From Spirochaetia bacterium (GTDB lineage Bacteria > Spirochaetota > Spirochaetia > SZUA-6 > Bin103), in NCBI GenBank assembly GCA_965203055.1, contig OZ241863.1, positions 1,152,001 to 1,216,000 on the forward strand: a DNA stretch of 64,000 nucleotides. The letters run 5' to 3'. Below, piece by piece: positions 17,530 to 27,962 of the stretch. The notes under the pieces are model-generated. The model had not been told where the DNA came from and ran no database searches. It saw only the letters and a program-made list of their open reading frames with translations. The position numbers and the translations under genes were made by a program. Position 1 is the first letter of the stretch. Each line of letters starts with the position of its first letter.

Positions 17530-19182
17530 TCAGGCGTTCTCCTGCCGCGGCCCTTCTTCCTGCTCGATCTCCTGCGCCAGCAGCGCCAGGTCCAGCACGT
17601 CATGACGGGCGACGGAACCTATGAACGCGCCCGACTCCCGATCCCGGACCGCGATCACCCCGACCGATTGGGCCGCCATCCGTTCCAGGACGTCGGCGAT
17701 CAGCTCGCCGGGGAAGGCGCCCGGCAGGTTGCGCCGCAGCACGTCGCCCAGCGGCGTGGCCGCCCATGAGCGGCGGCGCAGGGCGCGCAGCCGGGCCAGC
17801 GAAACGCTCCCCGTGACCTTCCCGCCGTCGACCACCAGGTAGTCGCGCTGATTGGGCACCAGCCAGTCGGCCATGAAGCTCTGCACCGAGGTGCGCGAAT
17901 CGGGATAGGCGCGCGTCCGATCCAGCACGCTGCTGACCTTGACCCCGGCAAGCGCGTAGCGGGCGTAGGTGGGCGTGACGTCCGGCTCCGGCGCGGCGCC
18001 GCGGTCCGCCGCCTTCGACCGCCTCACCGCGAAGTCGATTACCGGCGGCATCAGCAGGATGTAGCCGAACATGATGAGCACGAACAGGGAGAAGACGTTG
18101 CGCTCGATCGTCCCGTTCTGCAACAGCACCAGCAGCAGGGCGATCTCCGCCACTCCCTTCGACATCAACCCCGCCGCCAACGTGAACGGCGCGTCCAGCC
18201 GGCTCACGTAGGTGCTCAGCAAGGAACCGGCGAACTTCCCCACCAGCGGAATCAGCACCAGCGCGGCGATCGTCACCCCCGGCAGGGCGGTGAAGGAGAG
18301 GTCGAAGTGCAGGCCGGCCGAGGCGAAGAACATCGGCACGAACAGCCCCTCCGCGGCGCTGCGCATGCCGGGCAGAATCTCGTGCCGAACCCGCTGCGGC
18401 ATGCCCGACAGGGAGATGCCGAACAGCAGCGCGCCGATCGTGCCGTGCAGGCCGATCACCTCGGCGCCGACCACCACCAGAAAGAGCCCGCCGATCATCA
18501 GCCCGAACGACAGCTCCGGCACGTTCAGCAGGCGCTGCATGAACAGAATCGCCGGCGGCAGCACGCGGGTGGACAGCAGCCACGTCACGATTACGAACGC
18601 CGCGATCTGCCCCAGCAGTATGGGTACGCGCACCAGGCTGAATTCGTAGTGCTCGCCGATGGTGAACCCCACCACCAGCAGCGCGGTCACTTCGGCGATG
18701 ATCACCACGGTGAAGATCTTGAGGCCGATCGGTTCCTTGAGATGGCCGCCGTCGGCCAGCACCTTGGCCGCCAGGCCGAGGCTGGACAGGGACAGAATGC
18801 CGGCCAGCGCCAGCGCCTCGGTAAATCCCAGGCCGAGCGCGAAATCGACGCCGAGCAGGTCGGAGGTCACCGTCAATGCCGCCAGCAGGGAGACCACCAC
18901 CGACAGCACCGCGGCCACGAAGTAGCGCCCGCGGATGGTGGCCACGAAGCCCGGCAGATCAATCTCGTCGAGGCCGATCAGAAAGAACAGGACGAAGATG
19001 CCGATGCTGAGGAACAGCTCGATTTCGTCGTTCGGGTGGACGATGCCGAGTACCGGGCCGAGCAGCAGCCCGGTCACGGTATAGGCCAGGATCGAGCTCA
19101 GGCCGAAGCGGCCGAAGATCCCCTCGACCAGCTTGGACACGACGATGAGCAAGCCGAGCGGGAGCAGGACTTCCTGCAGCAT
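17530..19182 (-). CDS. Cation:proton antiporter (CPA2) with C-terminal CBS pair
   Basis: Multi-TM protein with SKGVAEIA and FVPMFFASAG motifs, and a CBS-like tail. Confidence 0.85.
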   Translation of the reverse strand: MLQEVLLPLGLLIVVSKLVEGIFGRFGLSSILAYTVTGLLLGPVLGIVHPNDEIELFLSIGIFVLFFLIGLDEIDLPGFVATIRGRYFVAAVLSVVVSLLAALTVTSDLLGVDFALGLGFTEALALAGILSLSSLGLAAKVLADGGHLKEPIGLKIFTVVIIAEVTALLVVGFTIGEHYEFSLVRVPILLGQIAAFVIVTWLLSTRVLPPAILFMQRLLNVPELSFGLMIGGLFLVVVGAEVIGLHGTIGALLFGISLSGMPQRVRHEILPGMRSAAEGLFVPMFFASAGLHFDLSFTALPGVTIAALVLIPLVGKFAGSLLSTYVSRLDAPFTLAAGLMSKGVAEIALLLVLLQNGTIERNVFSLFVLIMFGYILLMPPVIDFAVRRSKAADRGAAPEPDVTPTYARYALAGVKVSSVLDRTRAYPDSRTSVQSFMADWLVPNQRDYLVVDGGKVTGSVSLARLRALRRRSWAATPLGDVLRRNLPGAFPGELIADVLERMAAQSVGVIAVRDRESGAFIGSVARHDVLDLALLAQEIEQEEGPRQENA

Positions 19183-19195
19183 CGGGCGTCAGTGC

Positions 19196-19846
19196 CTAGT
19201 GGATCGATAGCATGGCGTAGGCAAGGGATGACTCGATCTCCCGTACCGCGGCCGCAACCTCGCGCGCAATCAGGTCCAGCTTGCCCACTTGGCGGATGCG
19301 CGGCGTGAGCGCCTTCAGTTCTTCCGCCGACAGCAGACTGCCGAATATGCCGCAGACGTCCGCGAGCGCGGTGATCAGCGTATCGCGGGCGTCGGGGATT
19401 TCGTCGCTGCGCAGCATCGCCATGATCCGCAGCCGCACTTCCTGCACTTGCTGGTCGTCGATGACCGGATAGCGCCGGGTCCGAAACACCCACATGAAAC
19501 GACCCTGCTCCTCGCGCAGAATACCGCGCTCGATGAGCCGCGCGAGAGATCGCTCGCGGATTTCGTCGGCCTGGGAAGCCAGCTCGCGAATCCAGTGGCG
19601 CGCGTCGTAGGTGACCAGGGAGTGCGCGATTCGGTCCAGGGTGGGAGCCAGCAGGTCGTCTTCGACCGGTTCCGTATTCACCACGAACAGGCGTTGCGGA
19701 TCGGTGTCGATGCGGCCCTCCAAAGCCAGGTCCATCAGCACGGCGCCGGCGAGGGCCAACTCCAGGGAGTGCTTCGGCAGCTCGACGAAGGTACCGTCGC
19801 CGTCGTCGAGCAACAGTAACATGATCTCTTCAGCAAATCTGAGCAT
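19196..19846 (-). CDS. GPP34/GOLPH3 family protein
   Basis: AEEIMLLLLDD, LAGAVLMDLALEGRI, LIERGIL, TRRYP. Confidence 0.85.
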   Translation of the reverse strand: MLRFAEEIMLLLLDDGDGTFVELPKHSLELALAGAVLMDLALEGRIDTDPQRLFVVNTEPVEDDLLAPTLDRIAHSLVTYDARHWIRELASQADEIRERSLARLIERGILREEQGRFMWVFRTRRYPVIDDQQVQEVRLRIMAMLRSDEIPDARDTLITALADVCGIFGSLLSAEELKALTPRIRQVGKLDLIAREVAAAVREIESSLAYAMLSIH

Positions 19847-19908
19847 CTATCCCCCCGAAGTCATGGCGGCGAAGTATAGCGGCGCCGCGGGCCGCCGGTC
19901 CAGCGCGC

Positions 19909-22422
19909 TCAGGCGCCGACCCGCTTGCGCATGATGAGCCGGTTGTGTCCGCCGACGGTGGCGTAGTCCACCGCGTCCATCGGCTTCGGGCGCACGATCT
20001 GACCGCGCTCGCGGCTCACGTAGCGCTCCTCGGCGGCGGCGTCGGGGGGCGCGTCGATCAGCGCATAGGGCGGCCCCTCGTCGTCCATCGCCAGTTCCAC
20101 GACGCTGTCTTCGAGCGACGCCCGAACGTTGATTTCGTAGGTGCTGCCCGCCGGCAGCCGGTAGTCGATGGTGGTGGTGAGCACGTCGGCAAGGGAGTTC
20201 TGCAGGTCTTTCGCCGCCGCCGCGGCGATGCCGGCGCGCTTGGCGAAGTTTCCTATCTCCTTGACCGCGCGCGGAACGTCGGCAAGGTCGTTGCGCAGCG
20301 AGAAGCGGTGCACGACGATCGTATCCGGCACGCTCGCGCGGCCGAGCACCAGCATCGTGATGTCGTCGAACTGAGCCGCCTCGCCGACGAACTCCTCCAC
20401 CGTGCGCAGCATGGTCTCGATGGTGTCGCGGGGACTGCGCTCGGCGCTGGTCAGCAGGTTGGCCTCCATCCGCTCGTAGCCGAACTCCTCTTCCTCCCGG
20501 TTGGTCGCCTCCGGCACTCCGTCGGTATAGATGAACAACTTGCCGTCCGGCGGGATTTCGACCCGCCCGACCTCATAGGGCAGTCCTTCGAACATCGCCA
20601 GCGCCACGCCGCCGGTCAGCGGCAGCCGCTCGGCGCGCCCCGGTGCTACCAGGACGGGCGGGTTGTGGCCGCCGTTGGCATACACCAGGCTGCCGTCGCG
20701 TTGATCGTAGATGCCGTAGAAGACGGTCACGAACAGGTCTGAGCGCGACGCGTCGACGAGCGTTTCGTTCACCATCTCCAGGCACTTGCCGGGGCCGTCC
20801 TCGACGTAGCGGGCGGTGGCGCGGATCACGGTGCGGGTCACCGCCATGAACAGCGAGGCGGGTACGCCCTTGCCCGCCACGTCGCCGATGACGACGCCGA
20901 TGCGGTGGTCGTCGAGGGGGAAGAAGTCGTAGAAGTCGCCGCCCACCTCCTTGGCGGCGTGCATGGTCGCGTGGATGTGCGAGCTGGAGGTGTCCAGGGT
21001 CTCGCCGGGGAGAAACGAGCGCTGCACCCGGGTCGCTACCTGCAGGTCGTGCTGCAGGGCCATGTAGGCGGTCTGCGTGCGCAACGCCTCCTGCAGCTCG
21101 GCCACCAGCGTCCGCAGGCGTTCCTGCTGCCGTCCCACGCGGTCGGCCATCTTCTGGAACGCGAAGCCCATCACTTGCAGGTCGCCGGTGGTGTCCTCGT
21201 CGGCGGGCACGTCGGCGCGCGCTTCCTTGCGCGCCGCCGCGGGAGCTTCGATCTCGGCGAGATCGGTGAGTATGTCCTTGCGCTCCTCCTTGTTCAGGGT
21301 GGAGGAAAGACGCGTCATCTCGCCGCGGATGAACCGTTCCTGCTGGCGCTGGCGGCGCGCCGCCCGGCGGCGATGGCGCCGCAGCGCGATGGTCTGGGTG
21401 CGGAAGGTGTTGACCGCCTCGGCGATGCGCGCCAACTCGTCGTTGCCGCGCCCTTCGCCCACCTCGACGGCGGCCTGCGTGTCGCCGTGGGAGAGCGCGT
21501 CCAGCACGCGCACGCCGTCGGTAAGGGGCGACAGCGACCGCCGCAAGTAGTATGACAGCGCGAGCAGCGACAGCAACAGGAAGCCGCCGATCGCGGCGAA
21601 GGTAATCAAGCTTACCCGGCGCTGCTCGGCGTCGGCGGCGCTCACGTCGCGGACCGTGATCACCTGCGCCACCAGATGGCCCAGTTCCGCTTCCAGCGGA
21701 AAGGCGGCCAGCGACCACACGCGGCCGCCGTCGCGCGACTCCTGGGAGGCGCCCTCGCGGAGCCGGGCGGTGCCGCCAACCGCGTCCCACACCTGCGGGT
21801 CGGTGCCCACCAGCAGGCGCCCGCGCCGGTTCACGATCAGGGCCTCGGCGCCGGTATCGTCCTTCAACTGGGACAGCGCCTGGATGATGTCGGTGGCGTA
21901 GATGGCCACCGCGAGCGGCGCGCCGGCGTCGTCCGCCAGCGGCACGCCGAGCGAAAGGGTAACGTTGCGCTCCGCGTCGATTGCCACCCCGCTGCTGCCG
22001 CGGCGCTGGGCGATCATCGCCGCCAGGGCGTCATCGCTGGCGGCCGCCGCCGGTTCGAATGCCGGTACCGACGAGTACAGCACCTCGCGGGACAGCGACA
22101 CCAGGTCGAGACGGGTCACGTCGCCGGTGCGCTGCAACCTGCCGAGCAGGTCTCGCGCGGCGTTCGCAATGAGTCCCCGATCGTCGCTGACGAGCGCCGC
22201 GCGCAGGGCCGCGTCCTGCTCGACGACCGGCGTGAGCTCGCGCATGCGCTGGATTCCGGTCTCGACGATCTTGCTCCACAGCGCGCGGCTGCCGCCGATG
22301 GCGGTCTGGTCGAGCTGCTCGCGCAGCAGCGCTTCGCGCTGAAATCCGGCGAACACCAACCCGGCCACCATCACCGCCATGAAGCACACGACGATGATGC
22401 TGATTCGCGCCTTGATTCCCAT
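19909..22422 (-). CDS. Membrane sensor PP2C phosphatase (Cache-like/HAMP/SpoIIE/HATPase-like)
   Basis: Two TMs, HAMP, EVGGDFYDF, GDVAGKGVPA, YTDGVPEA, FDDITML, and a RsbW-like C-terminal domain. Confidence 0.9.
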   Translation of the reverse strand: MGIKARISIIVVCFMAVMVAGLVFAGFQREALLREQLDQTAIGGSRALWSKIVETGIQRMRELTPVVEQDAALRAALVSDDRGLIANAARDLLGRLQRTGDVTRLDLVSLSREVLYSSVPAFEPAAAASDDALAAMIAQRRGSSGVAIDAERNVTLSLGVPLADDAGAPLAVAIYATDIIQALSQLKDDTGAEALIVNRRGRLLVGTDPQVWDAVGGTARLREGASQESRDGGRVWSLAAFPLEAELGHLVAQVITVRDVSAADAEQRRVSLITFAAIGGFLLLSLLALSYYLRRSLSPLTDGVRVLDALSHGDTQAAVEVGEGRGNDELARIAEAVNTFRTQTIALRRHRRRAARRQRQQERFIRGEMTRLSSTLNKEERKDILTDLAEIEAPAAARKEARADVPADEDTTGDLQVMGFAFQKMADRVGRQQERLRTLVAELQEALRTQTAYMALQHDLQVATRVQRSFLPGETLDTSSSHIHATMHAAKEVGGDFYDFFPLDDHRIGVVIGDVAGKGVPASLFMAVTRTVIRATARYVEDGPGKCLEMVNETLVDASRSDLFVTVFYGIYDQRDGSLVYANGGHNPPVLVAPGRAERLPLTGGVALAMFEGLPYEVGRVEIPPDGKLFIYTDGVPEATNREEEEFGYERMEANLLTSAERSPRDTIETMLRTVEEFVGEAAQFDDITMLVLGRASVPDTIVVHRFSLRNDLADVPRAVKEIGNFAKRAGIAAAAAKDLQNSLADVLTTTIDYRLPAGSTYEINVRASLEDSVVELAMDDEGPPYALIDAPPDAAAEERYVSRERGQIVRPKPMDAVDYATVGGHNRLIMRKRVGA

Positions 22423-22428
22423 GACCGG

Positions 22429-23451
22429 TTAGTCGACCACCTGCGCGACGCGCAGCAGATCGAGCGGCGGATAGATGCCGAGCTGCAAGGCTACCGGCAT
22501 GCGGATGAGCAGCAGGAACCGCGCCAGCGAAGCCACCGGGAGGTCCTCCGGCTGCTCGCCGCCCACCAGGATCCGTTCCGCCTGGGCCCCGGCCAGCTTG
22601 CCGATCAGGTAGTAGCGGCTCACCAGCCCCAGCATTGCCTGGGAGCGCGCGAACACCGCGTCGGTGCCGGCGAACGCCGGCACGCCGTGCGCCGCCGCCA
22701 TGGTGCTGATCCGCGCGCTGTTGACGGTAACGAACGAGTCCGGCCCCATGTAGAGGAATTGCGCGCCGCTGGCGGCCAGGCCGTCTACCAGTTCGCCCAG
22801 GCGGCCGGCATCCGGTCGGCCTGCTTCGTTGAGGGGTACCGGCGCTTCCAGGAACCGGATGCCGCGCGCTTCGGCAACGGCGCGCATTTCTTCCATGTTG
22901 ATCACCGAATTGCGCTCCAGGGAGTTGTAGATCATGCCCAGCGTGTCGATCTCACGGTAGGCGAGAAGGGCCTCGAGCTGAGTGTCCGCCGGCGCCAGGA
23001 AGGCGGTGCCGGTGACCGGCCGGCCGGTGGATTCGAAACTCTCGACGATGTTGGCCTGCAGCGGATAGGCGACGATCGAGAACACGCCCGGGATGCCGTC
23101 CACGTGCGCGCCCGCCTCCGCCCCGTCGCGCGGTCCCAGGACGCCGAGCGTGGCCGAGGTGCCGAACGTATGCACCAAGTCCGGCTGGGCGGCCCGTATT
23201 TCGGCGACGATCTCGGGAATCCGGCTGCGGTCCTGCGCGATGTTGCGCAAGGTGTAGCGCACGCGGATGCCGCGCTCGCGCATGTGCGCCCGAAAGCCGT
23301 GCTCGACATCGGTCTCGCCGCGCCATACCACCAGGAACACGTGGAACGGCTCGGCCTCGGCGGAGGTCTGCGCCGCGCCGTTCCCCGCCGCGGCGGCCAG
23401 CAGCGCGAGCGCCGGGAACAGGGTGGCGAGGCGCAGGCGGCCGCGCCTCAT
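22429..23451 (-). CDS. ABC-type substrate-binding protein (ABC_sub_bind-like)
   Basis: Signal peptide, PDLVHTFGT, YNSLERNS, AERILVGG..P.DLP. Confidence 0.8.
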   Translation of the reverse strand: MRRGRLRLATLFPALALLAAAAGNGAAQTSAEAEPFHVFLVVWRGETDVEHGFRAHMRERGIRVRYTLRNIAQDRSRIPEIVAEIRAAQPDLVHTFGTSATLGVLGPRDGAEAGAHVDGIPGVFSIVAYPLQANIVESFESTGRPVTGTAFLAPADTQLEALLAYREIDTLGMIYNSLERNSVINMEEMRAVAEARGIRFLEAPVPLNEAGRPDAGRLGELVDGLAASGAQFLYMGPDSFVTVNSARISTMAAAHGVPAFAGTDAVFARSQAMLGLVSRYYLIGKLAGAQAERILVGGEQPEDLPVASLARFLLLIRMPVALQLGIYPPLDLLRVAQVVD

Positions 23452-25553
23452 GCCGCCGCCTCCGCTTGCGCCTCGGGTTCGGTGCGGCCCATGCCGAGCA
23501 GGAAGAACGCGATGGTGCAGATGACCACGAACGCCGCTACCAGCAGCATCGCTTCGCTATAGCCGACGAAGGTAACCACCGTTCCCACCACCACGGCGCC
23601 GGCCGCGGTGCCGATGCGCTCCAGGGTGCGAAACGAACCGACGATCACGCCGGGGCCGACGCCGAACTCCCGGCCGCGCTCGGCGATCTTCTGAATGGCA
23701 GCGAGCTGCGGGGTATTGACCAGCGCGTAGCCGGTGCCGATGACGGCGATTCCCGCCAGCACCCCGCCGGTAGTGGTCGACAGCGTCGGCAGCAGACCGC
23801 CGAGCCCGACGATCAATCCGCCGATGATGATGAAGGTGTGGGGCCGTTCGAGCCGGTCGGAGCGGCGCGCGGCAAGCGGGGTGATGGCGACGCAGGCAAT
23901 GCCGAACACCATCATGATGCGCCCGACGTTCGACTGCGAGTTGCCGAGGTCAGACAGGAACAGCGGGATGAGGTAGAAGAACAGTCCGCCGAGGACCAGC
24001 TTCGACGGCAGCGCCGAAAGGAAGGTCAGGACCAGAAAGTCGCGCTGGCCGAGGATTCGGCGCCAGCTCCGGTTGGCCCTGACGCCGCTGCTCAGACTGA
24101 CTGGCCGCCCGCGGCCGGTTTCCCGATCCACGATCACCAGCGCCGCCACGCCGGAGAACAGCGCGAGCCCGGCGGCCACCAGCAGCGTCTGTTGGTAGCC
24201 CAGACGATCGGCCAGGATCCCGCCGATCGCCGGACCGCAGACGAAGGCCGCGAACACCGCTCCCAGGAAGCCGGACATGCCCACCGCCCGGCTGGACGGC
24301 GCGGTATGGTGGGCGACGTAGGCCTGCGCCGAGATGAAGATGATGCCGTAGCCGACGCCGGCCACCGTCCACCACACCAGCACCTCGACGATGCTGCCCG
24401 ACAGCGCCGCGCCGACGTGGCCGATCACCGAGGGCAGGATGCCGGCCACGAACATGGCGCGTGGCGCGATCCGGTCGGTGAGCGCCCCGGCGATCGGAAT
24501 CGAGATCAGCACCATCACCATGAAGGTGGTGATCGGCAGTCCGATGATGAGTTCCTTGCTCAGGAAGCCGATCGGGGTATAGACTTGGTCGAAGAACAGC
24601 GGCAGGAACGGACGCGACAGCTCCTGCGCCAGCATGAACAGGAACAGCGGTACGCGCACGTCCATTGGCGAGCGCGGAACGACGGTCTCCTCGGAGCCGG
24701 GCGCGGTAAAGCGGAAGCGCTGGCCGAGCGCCGAAACCACGTCGCGGATGCGTTGCTGAACGGTACGGTCGAGTTGCACCGCGCGCGCATCTTCGGCTTC
24801 CTCAGTCAAGATCGAGAATTCGGTATTCACGCGATGCACCGCATCGTTGTAGGCGCCGGCGAACGCTCCGATCTCGTCCTTGTTGCGCAGCCCGAGGCGG
24901 CGCAGGAAGTCTCCCTTCGAGCTGAGGATGATGAGCCGGTCGGCGAGCTGAATCGGGCCGGAAACCCGCACTACGACGAAGGCGACCAGCAGTTCGATGC
25001 CGATCAGCAGCGTTGCCAGAAACACCGTGCCGATGTCCAGCCGCAACTCCGCCAGCTCGGAACGGATCGCTCCTTCATGCACACCTACGTGCAGGTACGC
25101 CTGCAGCACCCGCGCGCCCTCCCCGCCGCGGCTCTCGTCCGCGACCTCGATCGGCAGCAGCAGGGAGTCGGCGCCGCCGATCGCCGGCGCCGCGGCGCCG
25201 CCGGTCTCGTACAGTACTTCATGGCCGGTGCGCAACACGCCAAGGTAGGTGAAGTCGGGGTTGCGGTCCAGCACGTCCTGCAGAAACACGTCCATGTCGA
25301 CCAGTGAATCCAGCGGGATGCCCAGCGACAGGCCGTAGCCGATCTGGTCGGCGGCGAGATCTCCGGCCACCTCGGCCTTCTGGCGAATCTCGGGCAGCAG
25401 CGAGTCTTCGAACGTGGCCGCCAACAGAAAGGAGACGACGCCCTGGGAGAGCAGCAACAGCACCGCGGTCAACGCGGCCAGGCGCAGCACCACGCCGCGA
25501 AACACGTTGCGCTCCGACTGCTCGGACGAGGCCAACGGCGCGGCGGCGCTCAC
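23448..25553 (-). CDS. MFS transporter fused to N-terminal sensor/HAMP region
   Basis: N-terminal TM-periplasmic-TM-HAMP (RNKDEIGAFAGAYN), then a 12-TM MFS (GALTDRI, GPAIGGILAD); GTG start overlaps the upstream stop. Confidence 0.8.
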   Translation of the reverse strand: MSAAAPLASSEQSERNVFRGVVLRLAALTAVLLLLSQGVVSFLLAATFEDSLLPEIRQKAEVAGDLAADQIGYGLSLGIPLDSLVDMDVFLQDVLDRNPDFTYLGVLRTGHEVLYETGGAAAPAIGGADSLLLPIEVADESRGGEGARVLQAYLHVGVHEGAIRSELAELRLDIGTVFLATLLIGIELLVAFVVVRVSGPIQLADRLIILSSKGDFLRRLGLRNKDEIGAFAGAYNDAVHRVNTEFSILTEEAEDARAVQLDRTVQQRIRDVVSALGQRFRFTAPGSEETVVPRSPMDVRVPLFLFMLAQELSRPFLPLFFDQVYTPIGFLSKELIIGLPITTFMVMVLISIPIAGALTDRIAPRAMFVAGILPSVIGHVGAALSGSIVEVLVWWTVAGVGYGIIFISAQAYVAHHTAPSSRAVGMSGFLGAVFAAFVCGPAIGGILADRLGYQQTLLVAAGLALFSGVAALVIVDRETGRGRPVSLSSGVRANRSWRRILGQRDFLVLTFLSALPSKLVLGGLFFYLIPLFLSDLGNSQSNVGRIMMVFGIACVAITPLAARRSDRLERPHTFIIIGGLIVGLGGLLPTLSTTTGGVLAGIAVIGTGYALVNTPQLAAIQKIAERGREFGVGPGVIVGSFRTLERIGTAAGAVVVGTVVTFVGYSEAMLLVAAFVVICTIAFFLLGMGRTEPEAQAEAAA

Positions 25554-26344
25554 CGGTCGCCCCCGGCGCCCGCCTGCGCCGCGTGCGGTTCCGCCTCGAT
25601 CCGCCGAATCTCGTCCGCCGCGTCCGCTACCGCGCGCCGCGCCGCGGCCGCGGTCTCGGCGAAGTGGGCGGAGGTGGGATCGGGTTCGACGTCGGGGGCG
25701 GCGTCCGCCGCCGCCTCGATGGCCGCCCGCATGCCCTGCAGGCGCCGGCGCAGCTTGCGGGTAAAGAGCACGGCAAGCACGCTGCCGAACACGGCGAATC
25801 CCAACAGGACCGCGGCGCACAGGCCGACGATGCGCAGCGCCATGGCGCGCACGTCGCTTTCGAACCCGGCGCGCGAGTAGCGCAGGGCAAGCGATCCGAC
25901 CGCCCGGCCAATGCTGTCGTACACCCGCACGCCTACCACGTGAGCGTCGAATTCGGCGCGGTCCCACACCGGATCCTCGGCGTCCGCGTTCCAGGCGTCG
26001 GCCCACTCCACCGACACCAGATCGCCGCGGAGACTCTCGTCGGAACTGTAGAGCACGGTACCCTTGTCGTCGAACATCTCGATCGACAGCACGCCGCGAT
26101 GGTCCTCGACCGTTTTCTGCAGGTCCGCGACTACGCCTTGCAGAGCGTCGACCGCGAGGCCCAGCGACAGCGACGACTCAATGGTGTGGGCGATGTCCTG
26201 CAGCACCAGGGCGTGGCGGTCGCGCAGCAGGTCGGACAGAAACTTGCGGTACTTGTAATGGTTCATGAGGCCGGTAAGGGACACCGCCAGCGTCAGAATG
26301 AGAAAGATGTTCACCGCAACGCGAGCGGGCAGATTGAGATGCAC
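25550..26344 (-). CDS. Hypothetical two-TM membrane protein with periplasmic sensor-like domain
   Basis: SD AGGAGG upstream; two TMs; shares the LSLG(L/I)..D.L motif with the N-terminus of the MFS fusion. Confidence 0.75.
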   Translation of the reverse strand: MHLNLPARVAVNIFLILTLAVSLTGLMNHYKYRKFLSDLLRDRHALVLQDIAHTIESSLSLGLAVDALQGVVADLQKTVEDHRGVLSIEMFDDKGTVLYSSDESLRGDLVSVEWADAWNADAEDPVWDRAEFDAHVVGVRVYDSIGRAVGSLALRYSRAGFESDVRAMALRIVGLCAAVLLGFAVFGSVLAVLFTRKLRRRLQGMRAAIEAAADAAPDVEPDPTSAHFAETAAAARRAVADAADEIRRIEAEPHAAQAGAGGDR

Positions 26345-26407
26345 GTTCCATTACCTCCTGCTCCGGGCCTGCGACACCGGCTCTAGCGCCGGTGTCGCGC
26401 GCCCCCC

Positions 26408-27805
26408 TCAGTCGTCTTCGCCGTCATCTTCTTCCGGCATCAGCACGAACTCGGGGTAGGCTTCGATCTTCAGTTCGCTGGCGTCCTGCCCGAGGCGTTC
26501 GTGGTTCCTTGACACCCGCACCGTGAACAGCGCGTCGAGCACCCGCCACACGATCCACGAGACGATGAATACGAACGCGCCGACCGCCAGCACGCCCAGG
26601 ATCTGTACCCCGAAGTTGGCGCCGGCGGCGATGCATGCCGCCAGCGTGCCCCAGGCGCCGGCCATCAGGTGCGCCGGTACCGCGCCGACCACGTCGTCCA
26701 CCTTGAGCTTCTCCAGGAGCTTGATCCCCAGGGTGCACAACAGACCGCCGACGGCGCCGATGACCACCGCCCACAGATGCTGGGTGATGTCGGGGCCGGC
26801 GGTGATCGACACCAGTCCGGCGATGGCGCCGTTCAGCGCCGCGAACATGTCGGTGCGTCCCAGGATGAAGCGCGAGCAGGCGAGCGCGGTGATCACGCCG
26901 GCGGCGGCGCCCAGGTTGGTGTTGACCAGCACGTTGCTCATCGCCACCGCGTCCAGCGCGGACCCCAGCGCCAACTGCGATCCGCCGTTGAATCCGAACC
27001 AGCCGAACCACAGAATGAACACCCCGAGGGTCACCAGCACCACGTTGGAGGGAGGCGTGGCGCGGACCGTGCCGTCCCGCTTGAACTTGCCCAGGCGCGG
27101 CCCGACCACCAGCGCCCCGGCCAGCGCGGCCCAGCCGCCGGTGCCGTGGACGATGGTGGAGCCGGCGAAGTCCTGGAAGCCGAGGCTGCTGAGCCAGCCG
27201 CCGCCCCAGGTCCAGGCCCCGACCACCGGGTACAGGACCGCGGTCAGGATCAGCGTAAAGAGGAAGAACGGCCACATCTTGACGCGCTCGGCCAGCGCTC
27301 CCGACACGATGGAGGCGGCGGTCGCCACGAACACCATCTGGAAGAACCAGTCCGACATGACCGAATAGCCGCTCTCGATGACCGCCGCGCCCGCTTCGGC
27401 CTGGCCGCCGATCAGGGCCAGCTCGTCGGCGGACGGCCCGTAGAGCAGCTTGAACGAGCCGATGACGCTGCCCACGTCCACGTACATCAGGTTGTAGCCC
27501 ACCAGGTAGTAGGCCAACCCGGCGATGGAGTACAGGCCGATGTTCTTCAGACAGATGACGGAGGCGTTCTTGGTGCGCACCGAGCCGGCCTCGAGCATGG
27601 TGAAGCCGGCGGCCATCCACATTACCAGGGCGCCCCAGACCAGAAACGAAAAGGTGTTGAAGACGAACAGCGTCTCCTGGTCGACCGCCGCGTACGCCAG
27701 GCTGGCGCCGCCCAACAGCAGGCCGAGCACCAGCAGCGGCGTGCGCGCGGAGACGGCTTGCAGGTCCGCCATTCCGCGGCGGATTCGTCGATACAGATTA
27801 TCCAT
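26408..27805 (-). CDS. amt: Ammonium transporter
   Basis: GFTMLEAG, FFQMVF, DFAGSTIVH, WFGWFGFNGGS, DDVVGAVPAH. Confidence 0.95.
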   Translation of the reverse strand: MDNLYRRIRRGMADLQAVSARTPLLVLGLLLGGASLAYAAVDQETLFVFNTFSFLVWGALVMWMAAGFTMLEAGSVRTKNASVICLKNIGLYSIAGLAYYLVGYNLMYVDVGSVIGSFKLLYGPSADELALIGGQAEAGAAVIESGYSVMSDWFFQMVFVATAASIVSGALAERVKMWPFFLFTLILTAVLYPVVGAWTWGGGWLSSLGFQDFAGSTIVHGTGGWAALAGALVVGPRLGKFKRDGTVRATPPSNVVLVTLGVFILWFGWFGFNGGSQLALGSALDAVAMSNVLVNTNLGAAAGVITALACSRFILGRTDMFAALNGAIAGLVSITAGPDITQHLWAVVIGAVGGLLCTLGIKLLEKLKVDDVVGAVPAHLMAGAWGTLAACIAAGANFGVQILGVLAVGAFVFIVSWIVWRVLDALFTVRVSRNHERLGQDASELKIEAYPEFVLMPEEDDGEDD

Positions 27806-27962
27806 GGACCCTCGTTCTACTTATCCTCTTGTTTGCGTGGGAGACCGCCGGGCCGCGCGCCGAACCGTGGCCGCGGGGTACCTGAACCGAGCGGCACGTG
27901 ACGTATGGCAACCGGCAGTCGTCCCGATCGTGCGGCACCATACGACAGATCGGGGAATGCGT

